This document shows positions 37,976-51,249 of a stretch of 64,000 nucleotides of DNA, piece by piece. Both the position numbers and the translations under genes were made by a program. The first letter of the stretch is position 1, and every line of letters begins with the position of its first letter. Source of the stretch: Microbotryum violaceum (taxonomy: Eukaryota); assembly GCA_001244265.2 (NCBI GenBank), contig CDLV01000005.1, forward strand, positions 1,116,001-1,180,000. Direction: 5' to 3'. Under the pieces are notes generated by a model, which was not told the origin of the DNA, made no database searches, and saw nothing but the letters and a program-made list of their open reading frames with translations.

Positions 37976-40584
37976 ACGATGGCGGGAGTGTTTACGAACT
38001 AGACGCAGCCTCCCTCGGAGCAAGTGTTGGCAGAAGCTTTGGATCTTCTGGCGTGGAAATTGCGCAGAACTCCGCCTGCTATCGCTTGCACCTCTATTGT
38101 AAGAGTCAACTATGACTTCTTGCAATGAGTTATTCAGAGCTACGGTTTCGTTTGTGAACTGTAGTGTCGGGTCAAGCTGCAGGTCATTGTGTGACGTCTG
38201 ACTGCCTCAACGGCGCTGCTCCCCCGTTCAGATGGCGCGGGCGATCTGTAAGAGCAGATGGGTAATTCTTTTCTCGAGGCAGAAAGAACTTCACGTGATC
38301 TTGTCTCCCCACATACGTACTGAAGCAATGACCTGTCTCGAATAAGGTATCGCATGTTTGCGGCCTGTCGACGTGGGCCCAAAAGCCGACGTTGTGAGCC
38401 CAGACTCAGTGACGAGCTATTAGCGCGGTTATGTACGGGTGCCTATAACCTAATTCCGATCCGGCACCCACCGTATATCCGGGCCCAGGGACGCGCTCGT
38501 CTCGTCTCGGATCCGAGGGACCAAAAGTCCGTGACGTAACGGGAGCCTTGTTTTCAATCAGAGTGCAACTTTGTACCAACTTGCCCAGGTCGCCTATTCT
38601 TCCGATTGACTGCCAGATTTTTCAAGTTCTCAAAATCCCGAGGACAGCATATACACAGAGCGTGGGAAGTCAGTCGACGGCGCCTGCGTCGGAATCCACT
38701 TCGAGACATACATTTTCATGAGGTGCCTGCTCCCGCTCACGCAGAAGGCAAGCGTGGGATGTCTGTCTCGGGTCGACGTCTCGGCTAGGGCAGAATATCA
38801 ATTTTTTATAGAAGTTTTGAGGCCTATCGCCGAGTATAAATTCCTAGACAGGACTTTTCTTCCTCGCGTCGCTGATCGTGTGGCCTGGGCTCTGAACCAG
38901 CTGAGAGGCAGGCACGGGACAAGATCGCAGGCGTGGGAGTATTTTCAAGCGGCACAAAGGTAAAACCTAACAACGTGGGGCAAATACATCTGAAGCAGGC
39001 GGGGCGAGCTAGTAGTCTCGGGAATTAGGCAAATTCGGCAAATCCTGAGGACCAGCACGTTCTGAGTGGTGGGATGTATTCGCAGACGATCTGTGAGAGG
39101 GTTAAGTTTGAGTCACCCACATCGTGCGCACTTCTCGACGGAGCCAAGTCCCTAGACTAGTGTCTCTTTATTAAGAACTTCGTCGAGATCTAGGTATATT
39201 ACATGCTGCAAGCATTCATATACACGGCCAAGCAACACAAAAGATCATCAGCGCTGCAAATCACCGAGATCGAGGCGGCGCGCGCGCGCCCGCATGTCGA
39301 TTCGCTTTGTGCAAAAACCCCTTTGACCCACCGCTAGCTGCGAAGCTGGGACGCTGCTGCGATAGGATTGGCAATTGTGTATTCCGACTGCTCGTAACGC
39401 GGTAGGGTTGCTTATACCGAATAAACAAAAGAAACAACAGTTCGTACTATCGGGAGGAAAGCGGTTCGGCCCACGATCCCTATTTCGCATCGGAGGTCAG
39501 TAGGTGTCGCCGTGCGAGAAGTTCCCTATTATGGCGAGAAGTCGTGTCTGCGTTGCTCTCCGATCTCTTGGCTCAGCGACACCTCGCGTGAGGACGCTGA
39601 ATTTTCTTAGCGCAGGGTCATCTTCTTGTTCTGCCTCACTTACCCTTCAGCTCGTAAACAAACAACAGTTGTGTGCCTTGCTGTATGATGATATCAGTTT
39701 GAGTATTTAATTATCCGCCAGCTGCCACGGACCGCTCAATGGCGTCACGCCGTCGCTCAGGGGCCCGAGAGTGTAGGCAAGGCTGCTTGGGCGACCAGGC
39801 TTAGGTTGCGCTTTCGGAGCCGACATCGCACATTTATGCACCTGCCACTGGCCAGTTGAACCCGCCAGTGCAGGACATGCGTCATTACTCGAAGTCGCCA
39901 AGGGGTGCGATCGCACTAAAGTTTGATCCACGGCGTTGAAAATGAAACGGGCGTGAGCGATAATGACCTGCTAATGGTCCGAGGGACGCGCTTTGTCCAA
40001 AGAGGCAGGCGCCGCGACGGCAGCCATAAGCGGAGTCGTCAACGACGGCCTGTGTGCCATTGTCGAAAGGGAGAATTGGTAGGCCACGTTGTGGTACGTG
40101 CCTGGGCTGGGTAGCTGCCCCCGTGGTGCCCTATTTATCCGCACTCGATTCGGGTGGCCCATATTCCGTTCAGCCATCCTGAAACGGTTGTCGATTGTCC
40201 GGGGGTCGTGGCGATCTATGCGCGGAACAAACGAACTTCAATCCGCCTGCACCATCTTTCCTCGATCCACAGTTGCCCCACGTCCTGACCCACTGCTGTT
40301 TCTCTTCCCTCTCTCTGCACCCAAATATCCAGCTGGACTCCAAATTCTGGGTTTCGCATTCCTACTGCTGTTGCTCGGACACCTTCGTTTCTCCTACTTT
40401 GGCCACCGAAGCCCCATTGCCAGTCGACATCACCCGCAGCGCCGTTCCTGATCTACGAGGCGCCGCCGATCACGCTATATACGTTCATACGCACAGACTG
40501 CCGCCGATCAATCATGCCACTCGTGCACTCCTTCCCTTCGTCTTCAAATTCCCAGTCACCACACCATTAAGGTTCTATAGAGAG

Positions 40585-41910
40585 ATGGTACCTCAGGCAA
40601 AGACACCTTTCCCTGGTCTGCAGAAGATGATGCCCAAAGTGAGTCGGAAATGCACGAGCGTTCGTTCGGTGCACTCGTGCAGGCCGTTGGTCCGGAAGCC
40701 GGCGGGTCCCCTCCCTCCCGACTCGTCGGGCCTGCTGCTCCTCCGAGTCCAGTTTGCGCAGTCGACCGACCACTCCACGTGCTCCGCCTCGTCCCAGTCA
40801 TGAGCACTCAGCTGCATCGCTCCTTCTGGTCGCTTTATTTGGTCTATGGCATCATACTCATGATCAGGCTGTACTCCTTTTACATTGCAGTCTCGCAGAT
40901 GGCCATTCGCTTCGCTGCGCAAGTCCAGTCGCTTCGGTCGAAGCTTCTCTCGCGGCGAAACGGCCTTCACCGACATGAGCGTATTCGACCCCGTACTTGA
41001 TCATCGCAACCTCGACAATGGCTCCGTCTCCCCATCGACAGGACGTCCCGCGGATTCCGTCAAGATGGGCTGGTGCTCAAACTCGTTGACCGGTGAGACT
41101 TCACCCGTGGCGAACGAGTCGGCCAGTTTGAAGTCCCGGTCCTCTACCAGTGGAGCAAGCATCACCAGTAAAAACCAAAATGCTTCATTTGACCTTGAAG
41201 GTCTGGCAATTGTTGAGGACGACAAGGTGCTCCTCTCTGCCCCCTCACCCGCCGAAGTGTCGCCAGATTCTAGGCGACTTCCCCTTCGCCCTACGAAGCG
41301 AATCGCTCGTAAGCCGGTACCGTCTGCTTCTGCATCGGTCGATTCTTACCCCGTCTTCCGTGACTTGGGAGCGTGTCCGGGCTTCGTTATTCGACCGAAC
41401 CCCGCAACTCCTTTATCATCGACAGCTTCCGACACACCCGCATTGTCCGATGGGTTCTCGTCGCGCAACTCTTCCTTCTCGTCGATGACATGGGAACAAT
41501 GCGAGCCTCGGCCTTCGTCCGCCTCCTCAATGAACTACGTCCCCGGAGCCCCACGAGCTTCCAAACACCTCTCAGGAAGCTTCAACACGCTCAACGGCAT
41601 CTCCATCGTCGCCTCCCCGCACCGCCCCACAAGTCGATCCCCGAACCGACGCCTCTCAAAATCCTACGATGTCGAGGCGTTCCAACTTCCTTATTTACCG
41701 ACACTCTTCCCAGAGCCCCCCTCACTTTATTCCTTCGCGGACCTCGCTGAGCCAAAGACGAAAGCATCTCTGCTCTCCCCTCATACACTCGTCGAGCTCG
41801 GTCTTGAAGTAGATCCTATCACGGTTAGCGTCACCCCGAAACGAAGGGCAAGCTTCGACTTGAACGCGATTCGTATCAGTTGCTACGATCGCGTCCCGTA
41901 TGTGCATTAA
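40585..41910 (+). CDS. Hypothetical Ser/Pro-rich protein
   Basis: ATG 40585; phase-0 GT-AG intron 40639-40890 joins it to the 341-codon ORF; no recognisable domain. Confidence 0.55.
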
Positions 41911-42123
41911 TTCTGTGGCCGACCTTCATCGACCCTAATTTGCTCTGTAGCTATTTATCTAACACTCGTAGCCATTACTTCTGTTTTATGTGTACACCTT
42001 TGCAGAAATCATCATCTTCGTACCGTTCCAACAGCGCGATACCCAATGAATCATTGAGAAGAAAGAACATGAATGGCAGAATGCATGGCAACGAAAGAGG
42101 ATGTGCTACAACAAAAAAACAAA

Positions 42124-44370
42124 TTAATGTCTCCAGCTGTACCAGCGAAGCAATGTATCGCATCAGTACTATTTTCGATGAGTCCCCCGAGCCGAGTCAT
42201 AAAGAAGGGCTTACATCTTGACCTTCTTGTCCCTCCCACCGCTGGCGATCTTGTCCGCCACGAAATCAACGCAGTACACCTCGTCGGTGTGGCCGGGTAA
42301 GTCGACGCGGATCTTGTACGTCTTCAGGTCCCAGAGCTGCCAGGCAGAGGATTCGTAATGTAGGGTTAGCCTCCTCGATCTAGTAGCAGTCGATAAAGAC
42401 AATTATTGTAATAGCCTGGTGCCCACCTTCAACGTTGAATCTTTACTAGCCGAGACCAACATCCTCGAGTCCGAAGACCACGAAATACGGTACACAGCCG
42501 CGACGTGACCTCTCAGACTTGCGATGAATCTGAGCAAGAAGACGAAGCAAAAGCGTTACGTCAGTCTGGGAAAGTTCTTCCTTCTCCCATGCTAGCCGAG
42601 CCCTCTTCACTCACTTCCCCGTCCTCCCATCCCAAAGTTTAACCGCATTATCGAACCCGGCACTGGCAATGAATTTTCCATCCGGCGAAAAAGCAACATG
42701 GTTGACTTGTTTCTGATGCCCCGTCAAGCGAGCCAAGGGCTTCTTGGGATTATCGGAAGCGAGAGGGGACCAGAGGAACAAGGTGTGGTCGTCGGAACCG
42801 GTGATCATTAGTTCGGGTTGGGTCGAGATGAATTTTTGATACCGGGCGAGCGCGAGGGCTTGAGCTGCAGGGTGGAGGGGCTGGTCAAAGTGAGCACTGT
42901 GCCTAGATGCTCGATCGAGTGGTTGAGAGCTCACCCTCTTCGTCGTTTGCGGGTGTTTTGGCCTTTTGGTCATAGGGTCCGGACCTCAGGATAAAGTCGG
43001 TGTTGAGCGCCATGGTGTTTACCCAGTGGGCGTGTTCCGACAATGTTCGGATGAGTTTGCCCTGATCGAAGAAGGTTCACGGCATCAATACGGGACTACG
43101 AAAAAGAACCACTCGGGGGTCACTTACATCCTTTCCACTCCACAGCTTGACCGTCCGATCACTACTGGCGGTGTAAATGACGCCTTCGCCACCCCATCGC
43201 ACAACGTTGACACTCGCGGTGTGACCACCCAGACTGAAATCGAGTCGCTGCGCTTTGACGTTCCATACTCGGACCGTCGAGTCCTTGGAAGAAGATGCTA
43301 ATCGAGGTTTGGCGACATTCCTGGAGCGAGTGAAGAGGCAGGAAGGTCAGCATGTTGCGCAATAGATAATTTGCCACGCTGCGCGATGGACTTGCAAATG
43401 AACCGGTTCCCACGCGAGCGAAGTGATCCATTTGGAATGCCCTCGTAGCGCATCACCAATAGCCAGACCCGTTTTCGGATCCCACAACCGTACCTAAACC
43501 AGAAGAAGGGACGCAAAGGCGTGAGTAAGGCCGAGCTCTCGAGTGAAACTCGAGTTGCTCTTTTGAAACGTACCGAATTATCCATACTTCCGGTCGCGAC
43601 CGTCCTCTCCAGCCCATCCCATTCGACACAAAGCAGCCATCCTGTGTGTCCCTTGAGCGTCGATTGGGGGGTCTCCGTGTCGAGGTTCCACAATCGACAT
43701 GTGTTGTCGCCGGATCCGGTGGCTAAAATCCTGCCTGTCGGTGAGAAAGAAGCGCACAAGATTGGCGATGCGTGACCTGAGTCGCAGAGAGAGCCACCGA
43801 GACGCATCGGAGTCAGCAGACAATAATAATACAAACTAGTGCAGTCGCCAAACTGACCATCCAGCGAAGAACTGCAACGCGTGATCTCCCTGACACGAAA
43901 GACGGCCTCGGGTTCGCACTCGATGACGAAAACGTCCTCGGTCGAGACCTTGGTCGCATGCTTGGTCAACAAATCGACATGCAACGAGGTGGTAATGGCG
44001 ATACGGGAGTCCTCGACGTTTTCCTCTTGGGTCGTGTTGGGAAGGTTCAAGTGGAAAGCGAATGGAACCGGATCTTGTTCCTGTTGAGCGAGCGAGCGGT
44101 CAGTCGATCCTAGCGCGGTCACGCCGCATTCAGAACGACCGCTACCAGCGAATCACTCACACTCCCCCTCAACGTATTCGCCAACAATTCCAACCCTTCC
44201 CGACTTGTATCAGCAGGCAACGACACCGCCGGACCGAGCAGACTCCCGTCGAGCGCATTGCGAAACTGGCACACGATCGTTGCTACGGGACCAGCTGCAG
44301 CGGCAGCATTCGCTTCTTTGGTCGGGTTGAGGCGAGCCCTTTTCGGCGTAGGGGGGATTTGGGTCGACAT
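42124..44370 (-). CDS. RSA4: Ribosome assembly WD40 protein Rsa4/Notchless
   Basis: N-terminal NLE/UBL region (CEPEAVFRVREITRCSSSL), WD repeats (GHASPILCASFSP, GSGDNTCRLW, GHQKQVNHVAFSPDG, DLPGHTDEVYCVDF); last exon IWRH-TAA ending at 42124. Confidence 0.95.
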
Positions 44371-44625
44371 GGGTCGTAGGTGGTTTCTGTTGGCAAGTGG
44401 GGTCGTAGGAGGGAGGGGAAGTGGAGCCGAGCAGCAGGCGGCTGAGTGGCCTTCGCAGCCGGACAGAGACCATCTCGCGCCTGCCACCCGCAAAGTGATC
44501 GAGCTGGCAGGACTAAGCTCGATATATGTCGTCACTACATCGATTTTGAGAAACTTCGAACTAGGCTCAAGGATTCTAATTCAGATGTAATGTTTCTTCG
44601 TCCCGATGAGAGTTCCTTCCCAATC

Positions 44626-44647
44626 GGGGGGGGGGGGGGGGGGGGGG
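44626..44647. repeat. Poly-G tract (22 nt) between the CDC20 3' end and the RSA4 5' end
   Basis: Homopolymer seen directly. Confidence 0.9.
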
Positions 44648-44796
44648 CGATCACGTGATTTGACATCGTCGAACGAGTCATGAGGATTGAAGGTCAAATT
44701 GCAATGCAGTCGGACAATGCCAATCGATGCGAATAGTAAAGTCAAAAGAGTCAAGATATTGAACAACTTCTCCCCACCCATTCCACTCCCCTTCGT

Positions 44797-46757
44797 CTAC
44801 CTCACCGAAATGCCCGTCTTCCCCTTCCTCTGAATTCCATGATCATCCTCCAAATCCTTACCGCTCAGAGACCTACCTCCAACCCCCTCTTTCCCGACCC
44901 CCCTTCTCACATCAAACACCTTCCAGAACTTGAGGTTCTCATCCGAACTGGCCGTCGCGACCGTCGTTCCATCGGGACTCAAGCACGAATGCAAGATCCT
45001 CGTTTCGTGCGCTTGTGGGATATCACTGACTTTGGTCAGACTGGGGTAGGCCCAGATTGAGAGTTGATGATCGGGGATCCCGTGGGAGGACATGATTTCC
45101 CTTGAGTGGGGGGAGAATACGAGGGAGGTGACTTGGGAAGGCGTGACGAGCGAATTGAGACGCGCTCCCGAGGCCGTGTTCCAGAAGTGGATCGTACGAT
45201 CCGATGAACCTCCACCGGAGGCGAGGATCGAGGAATTCCAAGGGCACCATGTCAGAGCCTGGGGTGCAGTTGAAAGTAGTTCGCGTCAGTATATGCATGG
45301 GGAGAGCAGACATTCCATTGATGAAGTGAACGTGCCTTGACAGCCGCGGTGTGATTCGTCTTGCACATTTTTGGGGCCGAGGTCATGCGACCGTCCCAGA
45401 CGTTGACAACGTTGTCGTTTCCGCCGGACGCGAGGAGCTGAAAACAAACCATCATAGACGATGAGTTACCCTTCACGGAGAACGAAGGTTACCACAGCTC
45501 ACCCCTTGTCCACCCCCACTCAAACCACCCGCAATCTCTGGCCTCCATTCCAACCCACAGACCTCCCCTCGATGCCCCCTCATCTGCGCCACGCAATGAT
45601 TGCCCACCCTAACGTCCGAATTCCAGATCTCCCCCGTCCGACAACCACTACTCAGAATCGCTCCTGACCAACTCAAACTCGGAACGCGGGACAAGTGGCC
45701 CGACATGGTCCGAACCAACATCCCCGCTTGGACATCATAAACTTGAATCGGACCTGATGAAAGTCCTACGGCGAGATGGGTGCCATCTTCGGTGAATTTT
45801 ACCGAACAGACGTATTCGTCCCCTTCGTCTAGAACGCCTTCGCTCGCATTCCCGACCGAACAAAGGAGGTTGACTTCCCCCGATTCGGCATTCCACACGT
45901 ACACGCTTTCGCCCAACCCAATCGCGACGAGGTTGGTGACGCTCCAATCGAGCAAGTTGAGGTAGTAATCATCGACGAGACCAGGCGCATCGAGGACCCT
46001 TTCGGGGGCAGTGGCGATGCGTCGACGCGTCTGCGCATTCGCAGAGGAGGTTGAGGAAGCCGCGGAGCCCTTGTTGGGTAGACGAGCAAAATTCGCCAAC
46101 AAGCCCATCGTATCCGTCTGCGGCATCGGGGGCTCAGCGAAAAAGGAGAGAATCCTTCTGGAAGAATCGATCCCGAGCGTCGACGATAACTCGGCCGTAT
46201 CGTTGTTGTCGGCGATCAGGTTGGTGTAGTTGCCCGTGTTGTTGGCCGACGCGGTTCCGTTCGGGAGCAGGATCGGGCCCGTGTGGTCGCCGTTGCCCGT
46301 CGAAGAATTCGCGCGTGAGGGGATGTAGCGGTCCAGCTGGAGAGAGTATAGATCTTGATGAGCTACCACAAAGCGTTTTCAACAGACAGTCAAGAGCTCT
46401 CGTACTCACATTCCTGGACTTCTTGGACGGACTTCTCCTCGGATCGCCATTCGGGCCATGCGCCGAACTCGACGCGGCCGGCCCCTGCCAATCGTGACTG
46501 ACCACCCCGGACCTCCCAATTCCACCACCCGCAGCAAGCGAAGAAGAGCTCTTCACAGGTGAGCTACGTCGGCTCTTGGATTCCCCTCCTCCTCCTGCGC
46601 CATCGAGATGGGTCGCGGCGAGGAGGTCGTCGATGTTGCCGGTCAGGTTGGCGCGTTTGGTAGGGGACGTTGAGCGCTTCTTGGAGGGGACTGAGACTGT
46701 TGAGGACTGGGTGTTGTGTCCGAGGGGCTTCTTGGAGCGTTGGAGCGGTGTGGTCAT
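44797..46757 (-). CDS. CDC20: APC/C activator Cdc20/Slp1/Fizzy
   Basis: C-box DRYIPSR, RRILSF motif, PERVLDAPGLVDDYYLNLLDWS, WD40 repeats, ATASSDENLKFW, C-terminal VR tail. Confidence 0.94.
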
Positions 46758-47074
46758 GATTTGTTCGAGGTGCTTTGACGTGAGCTCGAGATGAGGAGAC
46801 GGAAGGAGAAAGACGTGCCCGTTCGCGAAGGTTGAATGATCTCGCTCACTCAACTTGGCTTAACTCTACTCTGCCACACTGCCTAACTTGGCTCAACCTG
46901 GGGTTTGAGCGTGACGTAGCGGATCACACTACGCCGTTTCTTGATTTTGTTTCGGTATTCATCCCATCACCATCATAGAGAACATAACACATCTCAGTAA
47001 TTTTCGGATATTTCCCAACAGAAATGAATCGAGAAATGCAATTGCAAAGCCAACCCTCGGTCGCGCCAACCCAT

Positions 47075-48372
47075 TCAAGCTCCTAACCTCTTCCCGACCA
47101 ACTTGGCAGGTCGCTTATCCCCCTTCCTACCCAAGCCCGAGTAATATTCCTGGAACCGAACAAAATGATCCAAGCATGAGCACTCGAAAGCTTCGGTCTA
47201 CTCTTCAAAATCCAGTCAGGCGTCGAAACTCACCCAGGTCAATCTCATCACCTCCCCGTCGGCCTCATAAGGACTCGGCACCTCGCTCAAACCAGGTGCG
47301 GCCGTCGGATGACGCAGATAGATGGCCGAACAGGTCGTCCATGAGACTTCGAGGTAAGGAGGGATGAACAGGAAGGGAGCGGCGAAATCGGGGAGATCGA
47401 ATTCCAGAGGTTGAGGACCGGTGGAAGGGGGTGGGGGGAGCTTGGAGGAAGCGGGAGTACTAGAGGCGGAGGTAGAGGTTTCTGTTGGTGTTGTGGAGGG
47501 TGCAGGGGAGGATCCGGATGTCGATTCGTCGACTTTGACGGCATCCGAGGCTTCGGTCTCTGGTGCAGGGGCGACGACGGGTTCCTCGACGGGTTTGGCC
47601 GGTTTGAGCGTCGTGACGGCCGAAGGAAGCACCGAGATGAGATCCCCGGGTTGTAACCTCGTGTTTGCATTCGTACACTGTACGACATTCACCACCCATG
47701 AGATCAGTTACCCCCCTTTCCACCCATCCTCCCTGAACCACCCGTCACCGATCCAAGAACGTACCTTGACCCCATTAACGCTAACCTTGCCATGCACGAC
47801 CATCATCCTAGCCTTATACACCGAATGGGCGAAACAACACCTAAACACGACCGTATCCAACCTCTTCTCGATCTCGGCAAACATCAAACTCGCCAACGGA
47901 ACCCTTTCCAAAGTCTTGTTCGAATCCCTTCCCCTCGCCGAAGCTGCAGTCCTCGTGCCGGTGGTATTCCTCGCTTGCCCACCTACGGCCAAAGCCGATT
48001 TGACCCCAATGATAGGCGGCAACGAATCGGGTAGAAATTGCTTCTTGAAGGTGCCTTCGGTGATCCAATCGCCGTGGTAAGCCCGGGCAAGTTGTTTGGC
48101 CTTCCATTTTTGTTGGAAGAGCGTCAGGCTCGATTTGGTAAACTTGGTCTCCGATGTGGGCGGGCCGTACGTGCGTTGATAGAGGTTGTAGAGATTCGCT
48201 GGGGCCCAGGACTAGGGATCAGCGGCAGGGGTTAGTGAATTGCTCAGAGGAGGAGGAGGAGGATGCGAGCGCTCAGAGGACTTGTAGGACTGACCATCCG
48301 GGGTAGGCATTTCGCAATATGGGTAGGGTTCGACGACTTGTGCGCCAACCAGACTGCACTAGGTCGCGTCAT
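47075..48372 (-). CDS. NAM9: Mitochondrial ribosomal protein S4 (uS4m)
   Basis: CLPRM/SWAPANLYNLY, QQKWKAK..YHGDWITEGTF, EKRLDTVVFRCCFAHSVYKARMMVVHGKVSVNG, FLFIPPYLEVSWTTCSAIYLRHP. Confidence 0.9.
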
Positions 48373-48663
48373 CGTCGCGGTGTGGCCTGTTCAGGAGGCC
48401 AGAGACGAACGTCGAAACTCGAGCTTCGAACGTCGAGCGATCTGCGGAGCGCGTATCGGCGGGAAAAAGAAACGGGCCAACCCGGGCGCCTTGCGCCCGG
48501 GCTGAGAGCGCACGGACCTCGTCGGGCACTTGTCGGGCATTATTGTCTGGACTCCCCTTTGCTCGACTCATCACGAGATCGGAGCCTGGAAACCCGACAG
48601 AATGCGGTGCAAACCAAAGATACACAGTACACAAAAACAGCCGTCTCATGTACTTGTGGTCGC

Positions 48664-50864
48664 TCAATTTCCCAACCTAGCTTGCTCCTTGACCTTCCAC
48701 CTCACCAACTCCAAAGCCGCTTTCGAATCATCGACCGACGAATGCCCCAAAGCCGGATCGCTATCTTGGATGAACTGTAACAACAGTCGGGGATATGTTT
48801 CACCGTTTCAGATCCTAGGGACGGACGTCTTTGAAGCAGTGAACAGCTTCCGGGGCCTACCTTTCCGAGAATGTCCTTGGTCAGGTTCCGAAGACTGTGG
48901 CGCCAGGTGCCACCGTTCGGATGAGGGAAGAGCTATGGGTCGTCGAACGTTGTCTCTATTATCAGCGACCTAACACCCGAAGCAGGTGATTATTCCACTG
49001 GTTTGTCGGCCCAACTCACAATTGCCGTATCCACCACCTTCCTATGCACACATCTCAGCGCTTTCAAATCGTTCTCCAACCCATGGCCAACCACCACCGT
49101 CTCCCGATCGATCAAGATCCCCAACGCCGTCCTCACCCCGACCACATCCAACGAAGCATTCTCGATATCCCCTTCTTGTACTCCGGAGAATCGCGTGTTG
49201 AGATCTAGGATCGCGCCTTGGGGTCGGACGTGTTCGTCCAGTATGATGGTTCCGGTGGCGTCGATGACGGTCAATCGAGCGAGGGACATCCCAGAGGTCG
49301 TATAGACCATTTCACAATCGAGAGCAACGATGTCGAGTGCGGGACAGGATCGAGTGGTGCTTTCGAAGGAGGAGGTTTCGAGGAACCCGACGCGGGAATG
49401 GAGGACGTCGATGGCCGAGTCCTGAGAGCTCCAAGCTGATCATGTTCAGTGCCCCGATGACTACAGGGTTTCTGGAACAGGCCAAGAAACTGACCCTGAA
49501 GACATGAGGCCCCCGGGAACACGTCACAGCTCCTGCGGTTGGACAGCATGACCATACACGCTGTTTGATACCTGCGAGGAAAACAAACAGACTTCTCAGA
49601 AGGCGCCGGATAGGCAAGTCTATGTCGCCCTCCGGACGAACCTCTGTGCTTCTCCGTGATCATCTTGCCAAAATGGTACGAGCAAGCGGTTCTCTCTGCC
49701 TGTCAGACGATTGGGGATAGGTCAGCCCTTCCTCGACTTCAACGAGGCCTTGTCGCCTTTCCTGGGACTGACCTCTGTCAACTCGGCCGAGACTTTGAAC
49801 TCCTTCCCACACCGATCGCACCTCCTCACATTGCCTTCTTCAGTCGGTCGGTCCCCTCCTGCCCCTTCCGGAACTTGAACGACGTAATCAAATTTTCTCA
49901 ACGTCTCGACGTCATGGATGAATTTTTGCACGCGATCTGTGGTCAGTCGTCCTTTGTATTCCTCCTCCCTCTTCTTTTGTCGGGCCAGATCATCCTCCAA
50001 GGTGCCCGTTTCGGCTTCGCTCACGGGGGAGGGACGTTTCTTGAGTCGTGCCAAAGCGGAAATGACGGCGTTGCGGTAGGTGAGCTTGGTTGATTTGGTG
50101 TAGAGGGCTTGTTCTTGTTCTTTGGCGTGTTTCGAAGCGAGGGATGCGGCGAGGTCGGCGGAGGGGAGGGATTGGTAGTTGAGGAGGAACCTGTAGAGAG
50201 GGGGTCTCGGGAGTCAGTTTTCAAGTTTCGGGTTCGGGGTTGCTCGGTGGCAAAAGTTGATGAAGAGTCCATACTGTTCGAACAAGGTGTGGAGAAGCTT
50301 TTGTCGTATAGGGACAGGGGTATGAGGGACCCCTGGGCTCGGGGTGATGCGAGGAGGGCTTGCACCAGTCGAGGTGGTCTGCCCGACAAAGTGGGGGGAG
50401 ACGGGACAGGTCAGCGACGAGTGCGCTCAAGTAGCTGAGCCAAGGGGGTAGCGAGGGAGGGTTGTACCCACAGGTATCGGGGGAGCGGTCTGTTGTTGTT
50501 TCTTGGATGCCAGAGTCGATCGACTAGCTGAAGCTACAGCATTGGCTTGACTGCTATTGCCCGTCGAGGTTGCCGTCTTGGGCCTCGTTGAGGTGGTAGT
50601 GGTGGTGGTGAGGATGGTCTTGGGCTGCTTTGAGCCAAATTCCGGTTCGGTTTGCTCAGTAGGATGAGATCTCTTCTTGAGTGCGGACTTGAGGGGGAGC
50701 TGGGTGGTGGTGGTGGTGGTGGTGGTGGTGGTGGTGGTGGACGTGTTGGCCGGTGAGCGAGGATGTTCGTTCGCGGTGGGGGTATGGTCGAACAAACACG
50801 GTCGGAGTTGACATGTATCGAGGTCGGGACAGGGTCCGAAGAGCCGTCGGGTGAGGGGGAACAT
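48664..50864 (-). CDS. REX3: RNA exonuclease, DEDDh (Rex3/Rex1-like)
   Basis: N-terminal C-rich motif (CPDLDTCQLRPCLFDH), VALDCEMVYTTSGMSLARLTVID, DLNTRFSGV, VGHGLENDLKALR, GHSSVDDSKAALELVRWK. Confidence 0.85.
50703..50739. repeat. (GGT)n microsatellite encoding poly-Thr in the REX3-like gene
   Basis: Trinucleotide run; TTTTTTTTTTTT in the minus-strand ORF. Confidence 0.9.
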
Positions 50865-51249
50865 GCTCCGTTGAGGAAGAGGAACGAGCCGACGAGACGA
50901 GGAGCGAGAGGTGGATTCGTGCCTCGGAATGGTCAAAAGAGGTCCAAGCGGGGAAGCGTCATTGATAATTAGCGCTGTCTATGGCAAGGTAATCAGTCCC
51001 GGAAGCTGTTCACTGCTTCAGAGACGTCCAAAGTCGAAAAACGGCAAGCTGGCTCTCAGTCTCGGCCAGCTAACTTGAACAGCGCTTACCTCGGTCCGGT
51101 CCTGAATGCGGCTCAGCTCGGTCCTCCGCTACCGCTCGAGCTTCACACTGTACTGCCAGTCGACCTCAGCCGCACGATCAACTGCGATTCCCATTCCCCC
51201 ACCACGCGTGCGCGTCTCCCTCGCAGCGCGTCACCAACCCTGGCCGAGC

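Noticed and set aside
38000..40500. Telomerase RNA or snRNA gene in the gap
   Set aside because: No full telomere-template repeat and no recognisable U-snRNA or 5S signature by eye.
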